A DNA stretch of 64,000 nt from an uncultured Anaerolineae bacterium (GTDB lineage: Bacteria; Chloroflexota; Anaerolineae; Fen-1058), in assembly GCA_964398185.1 (NCBI GenBank), contig CAYNML010000003.1, positions 16,303-80,302 on the forward strand, given 5' to 3'. Both the position numbers and the translations under genes were made by a program. The notes beneath the pieces are model-generated. The model was given only the letters and a program-made list of their open reading frames with translations, was not told the DNA's origin and made no database searches. Every line of letters begins with the position of its first letter. The first letter of the stretch is position 1. Of the stretch, positions 30,376-38,971 are shown piece after piece.

Positions 30376-31923
30376 CTACAGCCAGGCATAGCGCCGGCGG
30401 CGGCGCAGCCAGATGACCAGGCCGATCAGCCCGGCGGCGCCCACCAACAGCCCGATCAAGAGTGCCACGTCCTCGATCGGGAAACGGTTCAACGCGGCCC
30501 GATCGATCTGCACACCAAGCGGCACGGCGACGATGGCATCGCTGGGCAGCGAGATGGACCAGCGCAGCTGTTGGGTTGCCACATAACCGATCGGGAGACT
30601 GATCAGCATCCGATAGGTGGTGGCGGGCAAGCCGGTGAAGCACGTCTCATGGCTGGCTGCCTCCAGCTGCGCATCAGCCACCACTTCATCCTGCGCATTC
30701 ACTACCTGCACCTGCAGCCCGGCTACTGGCAGCGGCGTTTCACCGGCCAGGAACAGCCCGTTGGCGTCGCTGTCGGCAAACGTGCGCAGGCAAATCGAGC
30801 CCCGCCCGGATCCGGTGCTGCCGCCGGTCGTCACAAAGGGATTGCCCGTCGATGGCTGAGCGGGGACCTGCGGCTTGGCCTCTGGCAAGGCGATGATCAA
30901 CTCGCGGCCCAACTCAATGCGCGAATCGGGCTTCAAGCCGTTCAGTGCCATGATCTGATCGACCGGCACCCCGTATTGCAGCGCCAGCGCGAACAGCGTG
31001 TCACCCGGCTTGACGATGTGTACAATGCGGCCGCCGTTGCTGGCCGTCGACTTGCTCTCAACTGCCACCATGGCCGGAGCCGGGTTCACAGTCACCGGCG
31101 CGCTGAAGCCGCCGCCCAGCGCAACCAGCTCGGCGTCGTCCAGATACATATCGTTGTGCTGCATGGGATTCTCGGGACGGGAGTAGGTGAACACGGTGAC
31201 CTTATTGGAACGCGCCACGGCCTGCACCTCGTACCGCTCGAACTTGTCGTAGACATCCTTCTCCGCCGACCAGACAACGTCCTTGCTCCACGGATCCGTG
31301 CCCCCCGTCGGATCGATGCCGATCTTCATGTGCATGCCGGTCTGGCCGAAGGAGAAATGCGGATTGGGCTGCAATCCATGCAGCTTGGTGGCCGACCAGG
31401 CGTGCATGTAAATGCTGAAGCGCAGCGCCATGCCGGGGCGCACATTCTCCACCACCTGGTAGACGCCGCCTTCGTGCACGCTCCAGAAGGTGAAGTACTT
31501 TTGCGAGTTCTCGCCGCTGCGGATGCGCGGCGGATCTTGCAGACTGCCGCGGGTGTCCCGGTATTCCGGCATATGCCACGCGACACAACCGTCCGGCGCT
31601 TTAGGGCTGCAGTAGTTGGGGTAAGTCTGATAATAATCCGGGGAGCTGGCATCCTCGTTGGGCGGCTGCCACCACGCCGACCACCCGTCGGCCATCATAA
31701 CGCTTTGCCACGGGCGCGACGGCAGCGGTCCATCACACGGTACGGCAATCCACGGCTTGCCGCCGGGAAAGCTGCAGCGTACTTTGTAGTCGCCTTCAAA
31801 GCCGGGGTTTTCCAGCAAGTTTCCGGACTGGGCATGGAGGCGGGTCAGCGGCAGCCACGCTGCCCCCAGGGCGATGATCAACCCTGCGATTAAGATTTTC
31901 GCCAGCGCCTGCTGCTTCATCAT
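30376..31923 (-). CDS. surface protein paralog: CBM4/9-like, LysM, SdrD-B-like, TM anchor
   Basis: same architecture (NLLENPGFEG; IVHIVKPGDTLFALALQYGVPVDQIMALNGL; ICLRTFADSDANG; ...WLRRRRRYAWL). Start at the MMKQQ signal peptide (31923), not the ORF start at 32145. Confidence 0.65.
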   Translation of the reverse strand: MMKQQALAKILIAGLIIALGAAWLPLTRLHAQSGNLLENPGFEGDYKVRCSFPGGKPWIAVPCDGPLPSRPWQSVMMADGWSAWWQPPNEDASSPDYYQTYPNYCSPKAPDGCVAWHMPEYRDTRGSLQDPPRIRSGENSQKYFTFWSVHEGGVYQVVENVRPGMALRFSIYMHAWSATKLHGLQPNPHFSFGQTGMHMKIGIDPTGGTDPWSKDVVWSAEKDVYDKFERYEVQAVARSNKVTVFTYSRPENPMQHNDMYLDDAELVALGGGFSAPVTVNPAPAMVAVESKSTASNGGRIVHIVKPGDTLFALALQYGVPVDQIMALNGLKPDSRIELGRELIIALPEAKPQVPAQPSTGNPFVTTGGSTGSGRGSICLRTFADSDANGLFLAGETPLPVAGLQVQVVNAQDEVVADAQLEAASHETCFTGLPATTYRMLISLPIGYVATQQLRWSISLPSDAIVAVPLGVQIDRAALNRFPIEDVALLIGLLVGAAGLIGLVIWLRRRRRYAWL

Positions 31924-31958
31924 TTGCCGTTCTCTGATACTTGATCCCCGCACCTTGA

Positions 31959-34268
31959 TCAACCGATCCCGGCATTTCCCCGCCGCTGCCGATAGATCAA
32001 CACACCGATACCGCCCGCGACCAAAGCGGCCAGCGCCAGCCCGATTGCGCCTTCGCCGCCCGACGCAGGTACTGCTTCCTGCCCGCTGATCCGGCTGCCA
32101 AAATTCACCGATGCAGTGGTGCCCTGCCCCAGGATCACGCTCCAACGCTGATCAGAAGTAGGTTCCGTGCCCGGCGCCGGTTCCACCGCCACCAGATACT
32201 CCCCAGGCGTCAGGCTTGTAAAGCAATGCGGCTCGCTCAGCCCGTCGGAATTGTATGACACGATCGGTTGGCCGGATCGTTCGGAAATCTGGAACAGGGT
32301 GTCTTTCACCAGCTCTTCGCTGCGCCCCAGCACGCCATCTGCGTTGACATCGTTAAAGGCGCGCACGCAGATCTGCGTTTTGCCGGTCGGCTCCATCAGC
32401 GCCACGGCCGTGGCCGGCAACGAGGTGGCCGTGGGTACGGGCGCTGACGCGTTCTCTTGCGGCGCGGGCGTGGCGGTCACGGCCGGCGCCGCTGCGATGA
32501 CCAGCTCTTGCCCCACGCGAATGAGCGAGTCCTTGGTCAGGCCGTTCAACCGCAAAATCTCGTCCATCGCCACGTTATATTGCAGCGCCAGACCGAAGAC
32601 CGTATCGCCCGCCTTGACGACGTGTACGATCGCTCCATTGGGACGCGGCAGCGCGGTGGGCGCGGGACCGGCATTGACGACTGAGGCCGGTTGTTGCCCT
32701 GCCGGCTGAGCGACAACCGGTTGCGCCGGCGCCGGCTGCACGACACCGGACGCATCGATGATCACCAGCTCGGCGTCGTCCACGTACACATCATTGTGCT
32801 TCTTCGCCAGCTGCGGCATGCTGTGCGTAAAGACCGTTACCTTGTCGCACTGCGCTGTGGCCCGCACCTCGTAATATCCAAACTCATCGTAGGAGTCATG
32901 CTCTGGACTCCAGACGACGTTGGGGCTCCACGGATCTTCGCCGCCGCACGGATCGATGCCGACCTTCATGTGCATGTTGGTTTGTCCCGACGACAGGAAC
33001 GTCGCGGGATCATCGTCGCGCATGTCCTGATTGGACGACCACGCGTGCATCCACGCGCTGAAGCGCAAGACGCTGCCCGCGGGCACCGCCACGGTCTGCA
33101 TCACGCCCGCCTGGTGCACGCTCCAGAAAGTGAAATACTTCTGTGAATTTTTGCCGCTGTGAATGCGCGGCGGTCCGGACACCACGCCTTTGGTATCACG
33201 ATATTCCGGATTGTGCCACGCGACGCAGTTCTCCGGCGCATTGCTATAGCAGTTGTTGGGGTGATCAGAATAGAAATTTGGATCGCCGCTATTCGTGTTG
33301 GGCGGATACCACCACGCTTTCCAGCCGATCGGCACCTGCACCGTATCCCAGCGAATGTACTCACGTTTGCCGTCAACCTTGCGCAGGTCCAGACCTTCGC
33401 ACGAAATATGATTCCACGGCACATCATTGGCGCGGCTGCACGGAATGTACAATTGACCCTCAAAGCCGCCGTTCGTTAACAGGTTCTGACCCAGCGCCAC
33501 GCTGATGGGCGTGGGCGGCAGCGCTGTGGCGGGCAGCGGCGTGGCCGTGGGGTATGACGCCTGCGCGGTGGCCGCGGCATTGCCGCTCAACGCTTCCAGC
33601 GCCACATCGTCCCAGTACACCTCGTTTTTGCGGCGCGCATCATCCGGCGCGGCATACAAGAATACAGTGACTTGCGCACTCTGCGCGCGCGCATAGACGC
33701 TGAACTGCTGCCACGAATCCAGCGCGTCGGCTTCACCCGACCAGACGACGCGCGCATCGTAGGGATTGGTACCGCCCCACGGATCGAGGCCGATGCGCAA
33801 GTGCATCTGCGTGCCGCCGTTGGACACATTCTGCGGCTGCTCGGACTGCGACGACCAGCTCTGCCCAAAGGCCGTCAAGTGCAGATCGCTGCCGGGCGTC
33901 ACGGCCACCTGCTGATACACCCCGGCCACATACGTGCCGAAATATTGAAAAATGCGCTGCGCGTTGCCCCCGCTGTGAATGCGATGATCGCACACAGCGC
34001 CGCACGGCGCGCTGGCGATGAAGTCGGGATGATTGTAGGACCACTCGGGTGAACCGGCCGGTCGCGGAATCCACCAGGCGGTCCAGCCTTGTCCCACGCT
34101 GGTCTGGCCGTCTTGCGTCACGAAGGCTCCCTCAAAACCGGGGTTCGTGATCAAGTTGCCGGCCGGGCGCGGGGCCGCCAATCCTTGTGTCGCCTGCGTC
34201 TGCTGCGGCGCCAACGCCAACGCCGCCAGCGCCAACAGGCCCAACGCCATCCATCTTTTCCACGGCAT
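31959..34268 (-). CDS. surface protein paralog with two CBM4/9-like domains, LysM, SdrD-B-like, TM anchor
   Basis: NLITNPGFEG and NLLTNGGFEG modules; LysM IVHVVKAGDTVFGLALQYNVAMDEILRLNGL; ICVRAFNDVNADG; C-terminal TM + RQRRG. Confidence 0.65.
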   Translation of the reverse strand: MPWKRWMALGLLALAALALAPQQTQATQGLAAPRPAGNLITNPGFEGAFVTQDGQTSVGQGWTAWWIPRPAGSPEWSYNHPDFIASAPCGAVCDHRIHSGGNAQRIFQYFGTYVAGVYQQVAVTPGSDLHLTAFGQSWSSQSEQPQNVSNGGTQMHLRIGLDPWGGTNPYDARVVWSGEADALDSWQQFSVYARAQSAQVTVFLYAAPDDARRKNEVYWDDVALEALSGNAAATAQASYPTATPLPATALPPTPISVALGQNLLTNGGFEGQLYIPCSRANDVPWNHISCEGLDLRKVDGKREYIRWDTVQVPIGWKAWWYPPNTNSGDPNFYSDHPNNCYSNAPENCVAWHNPEYRDTKGVVSGPPRIHSGKNSQKYFTFWSVHQAGVMQTVAVPAGSVLRFSAWMHAWSSNQDMRDDDPATFLSSGQTNMHMKVGIDPCGGEDPWSPNVVWSPEHDSYDEFGYYEVRATAQCDKVTVFTHSMPQLAKKHNDVYVDDAELVIIDASGVVQPAPAQPVVAQPAGQQPASVVNAGPAPTALPRPNGAIVHVVKAGDTVFGLALQYNVAMDEILRLNGLTKDSLIRVGQELVIAAAPAVTATPAPQENASAPVPTATSLPATAVALMEPTGKTQICVRAFNDVNADGVLGRSEELVKDTLFQISERSGQPIVSYNSDGLSEPHCFTSLTPGEYLVAVEPAPGTEPTSDQRWSVILGQGTTASVNFGSRISGQEAVPASGGEGAIGLALAALVAGGIGVLIYRQRRGNAGIG

Positions 34269-34354
34269 ATTCTGCTTTGACTCCCCGAAATTTCCTGCTG
34301 CTCAAGTATACTCGATCGAACGTCATACCCCTAAATCTTCATGACCGTCGCTCA

Positions 34355-34397
34355 TCGACCGCGTCCGCGCGGTCGACTCACACCGCGCGGACGCGGT
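34355..34397 (-). terminator. nested GC-rich palindrome (TCGACCGCGTCCGCGCGGTCGA; ACCGCGTCCGCGCGGT vs ACCGCGCGGACGCGGT) downstream of the GT39 gene
   Basis: perfect 15-bp inverted repeat plus self-palindromic left arm; no U-tract. Confidence 0.45.
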
Positions 34398-34418
34398 GTG
34401 AGAGCGTTGCGGCAATGA

Positions 34419-36464
34419 TCACGGCCCGATCGCGCCCGGCCCTTCATCTGCGGCGCCGCCCAGCAAGAGCGCCTGCTCGATCACCGGCGGCGTCGCTTCG
34501 CTCACGTTCACGCGCTGGTTCGTGGCCCGATCGTATAACCCCAGCTCGATCAGCAGCTGCGCCCGATCGGCCTGGGGCGGCACATCGATGAGGCGTTCAT
34601 CGATGATCACATCGCCCGGCCGCCACAACCGCAGCGGAAAGAAACCGCCGCCGCTGTCACCGTCGGCCGTGCTCACCACTTGCTTCACGTTCAACAGGTG
34701 CACGAAGAAGGTCTGATCAGACGCGATCGGCCGATCGGTTTGCCACAGTGTGCGCAGCCGCCAGTGCGTCTCGTCCACGGCCTCGACCGAATGGCCCAGC
34801 AAGCGCAGACCGTTTTCGAACTGCGCTTCGGCTTGCAGCGGCGCGCCGTCGAGCGGCTCGGTGCGCACGACGAGGTATCCCGTGTGCGGCTGCGGATCGA
34901 GATCGCCTTTGGCCGGCGGCCCGGCCTCGACCTGCACGCGCACCGGCACGGTGAGCGACGACAACGCCTGCGACCAGTCAGTATAGGGCCACAGAAACAA
35001 CGTGGCAGACTGGGTCGCGTCGAGCTGCGGCGCCATCTCAGCGGGAATGGGGATGTATCCGCCGCCGATCAGAAACGGCACGCTGGCCCAGTCGCGCGCG
35101 AACCGATCGGCGACATAGATCTGGCGGCCTTCACGGCGATCAGTGCGCGCCTCACGCGCCAACTGGACTCCGGCGTCTTCAAACATGAACGCCGTGGCGG
35201 GATTGACGGCATACGCGCTGTAATCGCGGATGGTCCACGCGGCCCCGACGATCAACACCGCGATAACGACGCCGTAACTCAAAACACGCTGGCCCCGCAC
35301 CTTCAGCCACTGCGCCAGTGTTTCGAGACCGATGGCGGGCACGATCAGCGCCACGGGCAGCACACCCACGGCGCGCAAAAAGTGCGGCGCGTCTTCGGCC
35401 AGAATCGTGGGCAGCAGCATGATCGGGATCCAGATCAACACGAACAGACTGGCCAGCTTCGACAATGGCGGCAGGCGCGGTGCAAAGCGCAGGTCAGGGC
35501 CGGGGCGCAGAAAATCGGGCAGCGGCTTGTACGGCGGAGGCGTCGGCCCCAACGCCGCGATGATTAAGCGGATCAAGCCCCACGCGAAGAAGATCACCAG
35601 GATCGGATCGAACACCGGGCGATAGGGCACATTGTGGCGTGCGATGCCGTCGCCGCGCCAGAAGAACATGCCCACCGCGGCGGCCACGCTGCGCCCCAGC
35701 GAGCCGAGCGGGTCGCCGTGACTGATCGCGGGGTTGAAGATCGACACGTCGCCGGGGCGGCCCATCACCATCTCCCACTGCGTCAAGGCGGTGATGATCA
35801 GCGGCAGCGCCACGACCAGCGTCGTGATCGTAAAAATGATCAGATTGCGCCACGGCAAGGTTTTGCGCCGCGTGAAGAGCAGGATGATCAACATCACGAT
35901 CAATGCCAGCGGCGTGAAGCGGCTGGCGAGATAGGTGTAGAACGACAAGCCGTAAACGATACCTGCGCTGATCCAGTGCAGCACGCGGCCCGATCGATAC
36001 GCCTGCACGCCCAGGCCGATCGACAGCGCGATGAATAACGGCAATGTTCCGGCGCGGAAACCGATCAGACTGAGATGAATCGGCCACAAGGTGATTGTGG
36101 CAATTGCGGCTGTGAGCAGGCCCACGCGCCGCCCGAACAACTCGCGCGCCATGAAGTACGCGGCGGGAATCAGCAGCGTGCCGACGATGGCGGCGGGCAG
36201 ACGCACCGCATACACACTGCGCCCCAGCCAGCCGATGCTCCACGCCATGAAGTAAATGAACAGCGGCTCGCGCCCGTTGTTGGCCGCAAAATACAGCGGT
36301 CGATCGCCGCCCAGCACGCGCAGCGCATCGAGGCCGTAATAAGCTTCATCGTGATACAGACCCGGCGGCCACGCGCCCAATTCGTAGAAGCGCACTGCGC
36401 CGGCGATCAGCATCAGCGCCAGCACCGGCCACCATTCCAGAAAGATGTTGCGAAGTGTTCTCAT
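34419..36464 (-). CDS. glycosyltransferase family 39 (PMT/ArnT-like) membrane protein with a C-terminal soluble domain
   Basis: LYHDEAYYG first-loop DE motif, PLYFAANNGREPLFIYFMAW, more than 10 TM; C-terminal domain FVHLLNVKQ...LLIELGLYD shared with 698..2659 and 24891..28058. Start at ATG 36464 (MRTLRN); the ORF could extend to 36593. Confidence 0.75.
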   Translation of the reverse strand: MRTLRNIFLEWWPVLALMLIAGAVRFYELGAWPPGLYHDEAYYGLDALRVLGGDRPLYFAANNGREPLFIYFMAWSIGWLGRSVYAVRLPAAIVGTLLIPAAYFMARELFGRRVGLLTAAIATITLWPIHLSLIGFRAGTLPLFIALSIGLGVQAYRSGRVLHWISAGIVYGLSFYTYLASRFTPLALIVMLIILLFTRRKTLPWRNLIIFTITTLVVALPLIITALTQWEMVMGRPGDVSIFNPAISHGDPLGSLGRSVAAAVGMFFWRGDGIARHNVPYRPVFDPILVIFFAWGLIRLIIAALGPTPPPYKPLPDFLRPGPDLRFAPRLPPLSKLASLFVLIWIPIMLLPTILAEDAPHFLRAVGVLPVALIVPAIGLETLAQWLKVRGQRVLSYGVVIAVLIVGAAWTIRDYSAYAVNPATAFMFEDAGVQLAREARTDRREGRQIYVADRFARDWASVPFLIGGGYIPIPAEMAPQLDATQSATLFLWPYTDWSQALSSLTVPVRVQVEAGPPAKGDLDPQPHTGYLVVRTEPLDGAPLQAEAQFENGLRLLGHSVEAVDETHWRLRTLWQTDRPIASDQTFFVHLLNVKQVVSTADGDSGGGFFPLRLWRPGDVIIDERLIDVPPQADRAQLLIELGLYDRATNQRVNVSEATPPVIEQALLLGGAADEGPGAIGP

Positions 36465-36516
36465 GGTTGTTCTCTTGCCAAAGCGCGAAAAGTATAACAC
36501 AATAGGCCGCACAATT

Positions 36517-36553
36517 CCCTCCCCCGCTTCGATTTTCAGGAGCGGGGGGAGGG
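36517..36553. promoter_or_regulatory. strong GC hairpin CCCTCCCCCGCT-N12-AGCGGGGGGAGGG in the divergent GT39/GT4 promoter region
   Basis: 12/13-bp inverted repeat with one bulge, 30 nt upstream of the GT4 ATG; candidate operator or 5'-UTR structure. Confidence 0.4.
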
Positions 36554-36582
36554 TCGGGGTGGGGGTGAGGTTGCACGTCGTC

Positions 36583-37719
36583 ATGCTTTCCAAAGCGCTG
36601 GTGATCGGCGCTTATCACAGCAAGCTCAAGCACATCGCCGCGCAGCCCGACGTGCGGCTCACGGCCCTCGTACCGCCCAGCTGGCGCGACGAGCGCGGCG
36701 AGTTGAAACTGGAACGCACCACGGGCGATGGCTACGACTTGATCGTCACGCCGCTGCGCTTCAATGGCAACTTTCACCTGCACTATTATCCGCAGCTCGA
36801 TCGTTTGTTGCAGCAGCTCCAGCCCGACCTGGTGCACATCGACGAAGAACCCTACAATCTGGCGACGTTTCTCGCCCTGCGATCCGCGCGTCGTCTCGGC
36901 GCACGCGCAATCTTCTTCAGCTGGCAGAATTTGCGGCGATCGTACCCGCCGCCGTTTCGCTGGTTCGAGCACTACACCCTGCAACACGCTGCCGCCGGCA
37001 TCGTGGGCAATGCAGATGCGGAACAGGTGTGGCGCGTCAAAGGCTATCGCGGCCCGTTGACGGTGATTCCGCAAGTGGGCGTTGAGCCGGAGGTGTTGAA
37101 GCCTCTGGATCGAAACCGGGATTCTACGACTGAACCTTCTCGCCATTCAAATGGAAGAATCCCGGTTGCTACGTTTGTCGTCGGCTACGCGGGGCGCTTT
37201 GTTGAAGAGAAAGGAATTGATGTGCTGCTGCACGCGCTGCACGATCTCGATGGCAACTGGCAGGCTGAGCTGGTAGGCAGCGGTCCGGATCACACCCGAT
37301 TGGCTGAGCTGGCCCAACGGTTGCAGATCGCCGATCGGGTGCGGTTTCTGCCGTGGAGGCCCTCCGCGCAAATGGTCGACTATTATCGATCGCTGAACGT
37401 GCTGGTCCTGCCCTCGCGCAGTCGATCGAATTGGAAAGAGCAGTTCGGGCGCGTGCTGGTGGATGCCATGGCCTGCGGCGTCCCCGTCATCGGCTCCACG
37501 TGCGGCGAGATTCCCCACGTCATCGGCGACGCGGGGTTGATCTTCCCCGAAGGTGATACGACGGCCCTGCGCGATCAGCTGCGCAGATTGCAGAACGATG
37601 CCGCACTCTGCCGCGATCTCGCGCAGCGCGGACGCCAGCGCGTGCTGGAGCGCTTCACGCAGGAGCAGATTGCGCGGCAGACGGTTGCGGTATATCAAAA
37701 CGTAATGCGTACTGTGTAA
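36583..37719 (+). CDS. glycosyltransferase family 4 (GT-B, group 1)
   Basis: C-terminal GT4 motifs (VLPSRSRSNWKEQFGRVLVDAMACGVPVIGS); GGTGAGG SD; start at 36583 rather than 36445. Confidence 0.8.
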   Translation: MLSKALVIGAYHSKLKHIAAQPDVRLTALVPPSWRDERGELKLERTTGDGYDLIVTPLRFNGNFHLHYYPQLDRLLQQLQPDLVHIDEEPYNLATFLALRSARRLGARAIFFSWQNLRRSYPPPFRWFEHYTLQHAAAGIVGNADAEQVWRVKGYRGPLTVIPQVGVEPEVLKPLDRNRDSTTEPSRHSNGRIPVATFVVGYAGRFVEEKGIDVLLHALHDLDGNWQAELVGSGPDHTRLAELAQRLQIADRVRFLPWRPSAQMVDYYRSLNVLVLPSRSRSNWKEQFGRVLVDAMACGVPVIGSTCGEIPHVIGDAGLIFPEGDTTALRDQLRRLQNDAALCRDLAQRGRQRVLERFTQEQIARQTVAVYQNVMRTV

Positions 37720-37760
37720 AAGCGAAGCACCTGTTACGTTTCACGCAGTACGCTTTACTC
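37703..37760. repeat. iterated-word palindrome (CGTAATGCGTACTGTGTAAAAGCG / CGCTTTAC..GCAGTACG..TTACG) spanning the GT4 stop and the GT4-GT4 spacer
   Basis: the left arm encodes the terminal NVMRTV* of the first GT4 and carries TAA in multiple frames. Confidence 0.6.
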
Positions 37761-37761
37761 T

Positions 37762-37770
37762 TGGTATAAT
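37762..37770 (+). promoter_or_regulatory. extended -10 element TGgTATAAT ending 6 nt before the ATG of the second GT4 (candidate leaderless transcript)
   Basis: perfect TGnTATAAT; no SD between it and the ATG at 37777. Confidence 0.4.
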
Positions 37771-37776
37771 CGCCGC

Positions 37777-38934
37777 ATGACTCAGTCAGCGCCACACGTT
37801 GCGATCAGCGCGCCCTTGCTGGCGCCAGTGGGCAGTTATCGCAGCGCAGGCATTCACACGTACATTCAACATTCGCTGCAACATCTGTCGGAGGCCGATC
37901 CGGATGTGCGCCTGACGTTGTTCACCGCACATCCACCGGCGGGACTGCCAAAAGCGATCGAGGTGCAGCGGCCGCGCTGGAACACCGATCGGCCTGCGTT
38001 ACGAATTTTGTGGGAGCAGTTGGCGCTGCCATCGGCGGTGCGGCGCGCTCAAGCCGCTGTCTTGCATGCCACGGCCTTCGTGGCCCCGATCGTTCAGACG
38101 CGCCCGACGGTCATCACGATCTACGACGTGAGCTTCGCGCTGTATCCGCAGCTCTTTCGCGGCTTCAATCAGACGTATTTGCGAGCGGGCACACGCTGGT
38201 CAGCGCCGCACGCACAGCGCCTCATCACGATCTCGGAGTGTGCGCGACGCGATGTGCACCGTTTGTACGGTGTGCCGCTCGATCGGATCACGGTGGCTTA
38301 TCCGGGCGTGGACGAAGCGCTGGGACCGGGTGATCCTGAGCGGGTTGAAGAATTTCGCCGCGCGAAAGATCTGCCGGAGAAGTTTGTGTTGTATCTGGGC
38401 ACGCTGGAACCGCGCAAGAATCTGGCAATGCTGGTGCGCGCGTTCGCGCAGCTGAAACGCGAATGCCCCGACGCGGTGCTGGTGCTGGCGGGCGGCCTCG
38501 GCTGGCTGGCGGATGACATCTTTGCGACCATTGAAGCGTGCGGTGTGCAAGACAGCGTGCGGCTGCCGGGCTTCGTGGCCGCAGAAGAGAAAGCGCTGTG
38601 GTATGCAGCGGCCACGGCGTTTGTGTTCCCGTCAATCTATGAAGGCTTTGGTATGCCGCCGCTGGAGGCGCTGGCCTGCGGCACGCCGGTGATTGCGTCG
38701 AATGCGGCGTCACTGCCGGAAGTGGTGGGCGAAGCCGGCCTGCTGCTCGCGCCCGATGACGTGCGCGGCTGGACGGCAGCGCTCAAGCGCGTCTGGATCG
38801 ATGCAGCCTATCGGGCTGAGTTGGCCGATCGGGGCGTGAGACAGGCGCAGCAATTCACGTGGCAAGCCACCTCCCGCCAGATCGCCCAAACCTATCGTGA
38901 CTTGATCATTGCTCACAAAGTCCCCGCAGCGTAG
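37777..38934 (+). CDS. glycosyltransferase family 4 (GT-B, group 1)
   Basis: EX7E-type C-terminal motif region (FVFPSIYEGFGMPPLEALACGTPVIAS). Confidence 0.8.
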   Translation: MTQSAPHVAISAPLLAPVGSYRSAGIHTYIQHSLQHLSEADPDVRLTLFTAHPPAGLPKAIEVQRPRWNTDRPALRILWEQLALPSAVRRAQAAVLHATAFVAPIVQTRPTVITIYDVSFALYPQLFRGFNQTYLRAGTRWSAPHAQRLITISECARRDVHRLYGVPLDRITVAYPGVDEALGPGDPERVEEFRRAKDLPEKFVLYLGTLEPRKNLAMLVRAFAQLKRECPDAVLVLAGGLGWLADDIFATIEACGVQDSVRLPGFVAAEEKALWYAAATAFVFPSIYEGFGMPPLEALACGTPVIASNAASLPEVVGEAGLLLAPDDVRGWTAALKRVWIDAAYRAELADRGVRQAQQFTWQATSRQIAQTYRDLIIAHKVPAA

Positions 38935-38971
38935 CGAAGCGGGATTGATCATTGTTCATTGCTCATTGTCT

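Noticed and set aside
30169-31893. 574-aa plus-strand ORF overlapping the surface-protein genes
   Set aside because: Antisense to genes with clear signal peptide, LysM and SdrD-B modules; Arg/Gly-rich, with no SD.
34680-35567. 295-aa plus-strand ORF inside the GT39 gene
   Set aside because: Antisense artefact; the minus-strand frame encodes the conserved GT39 TM domain.
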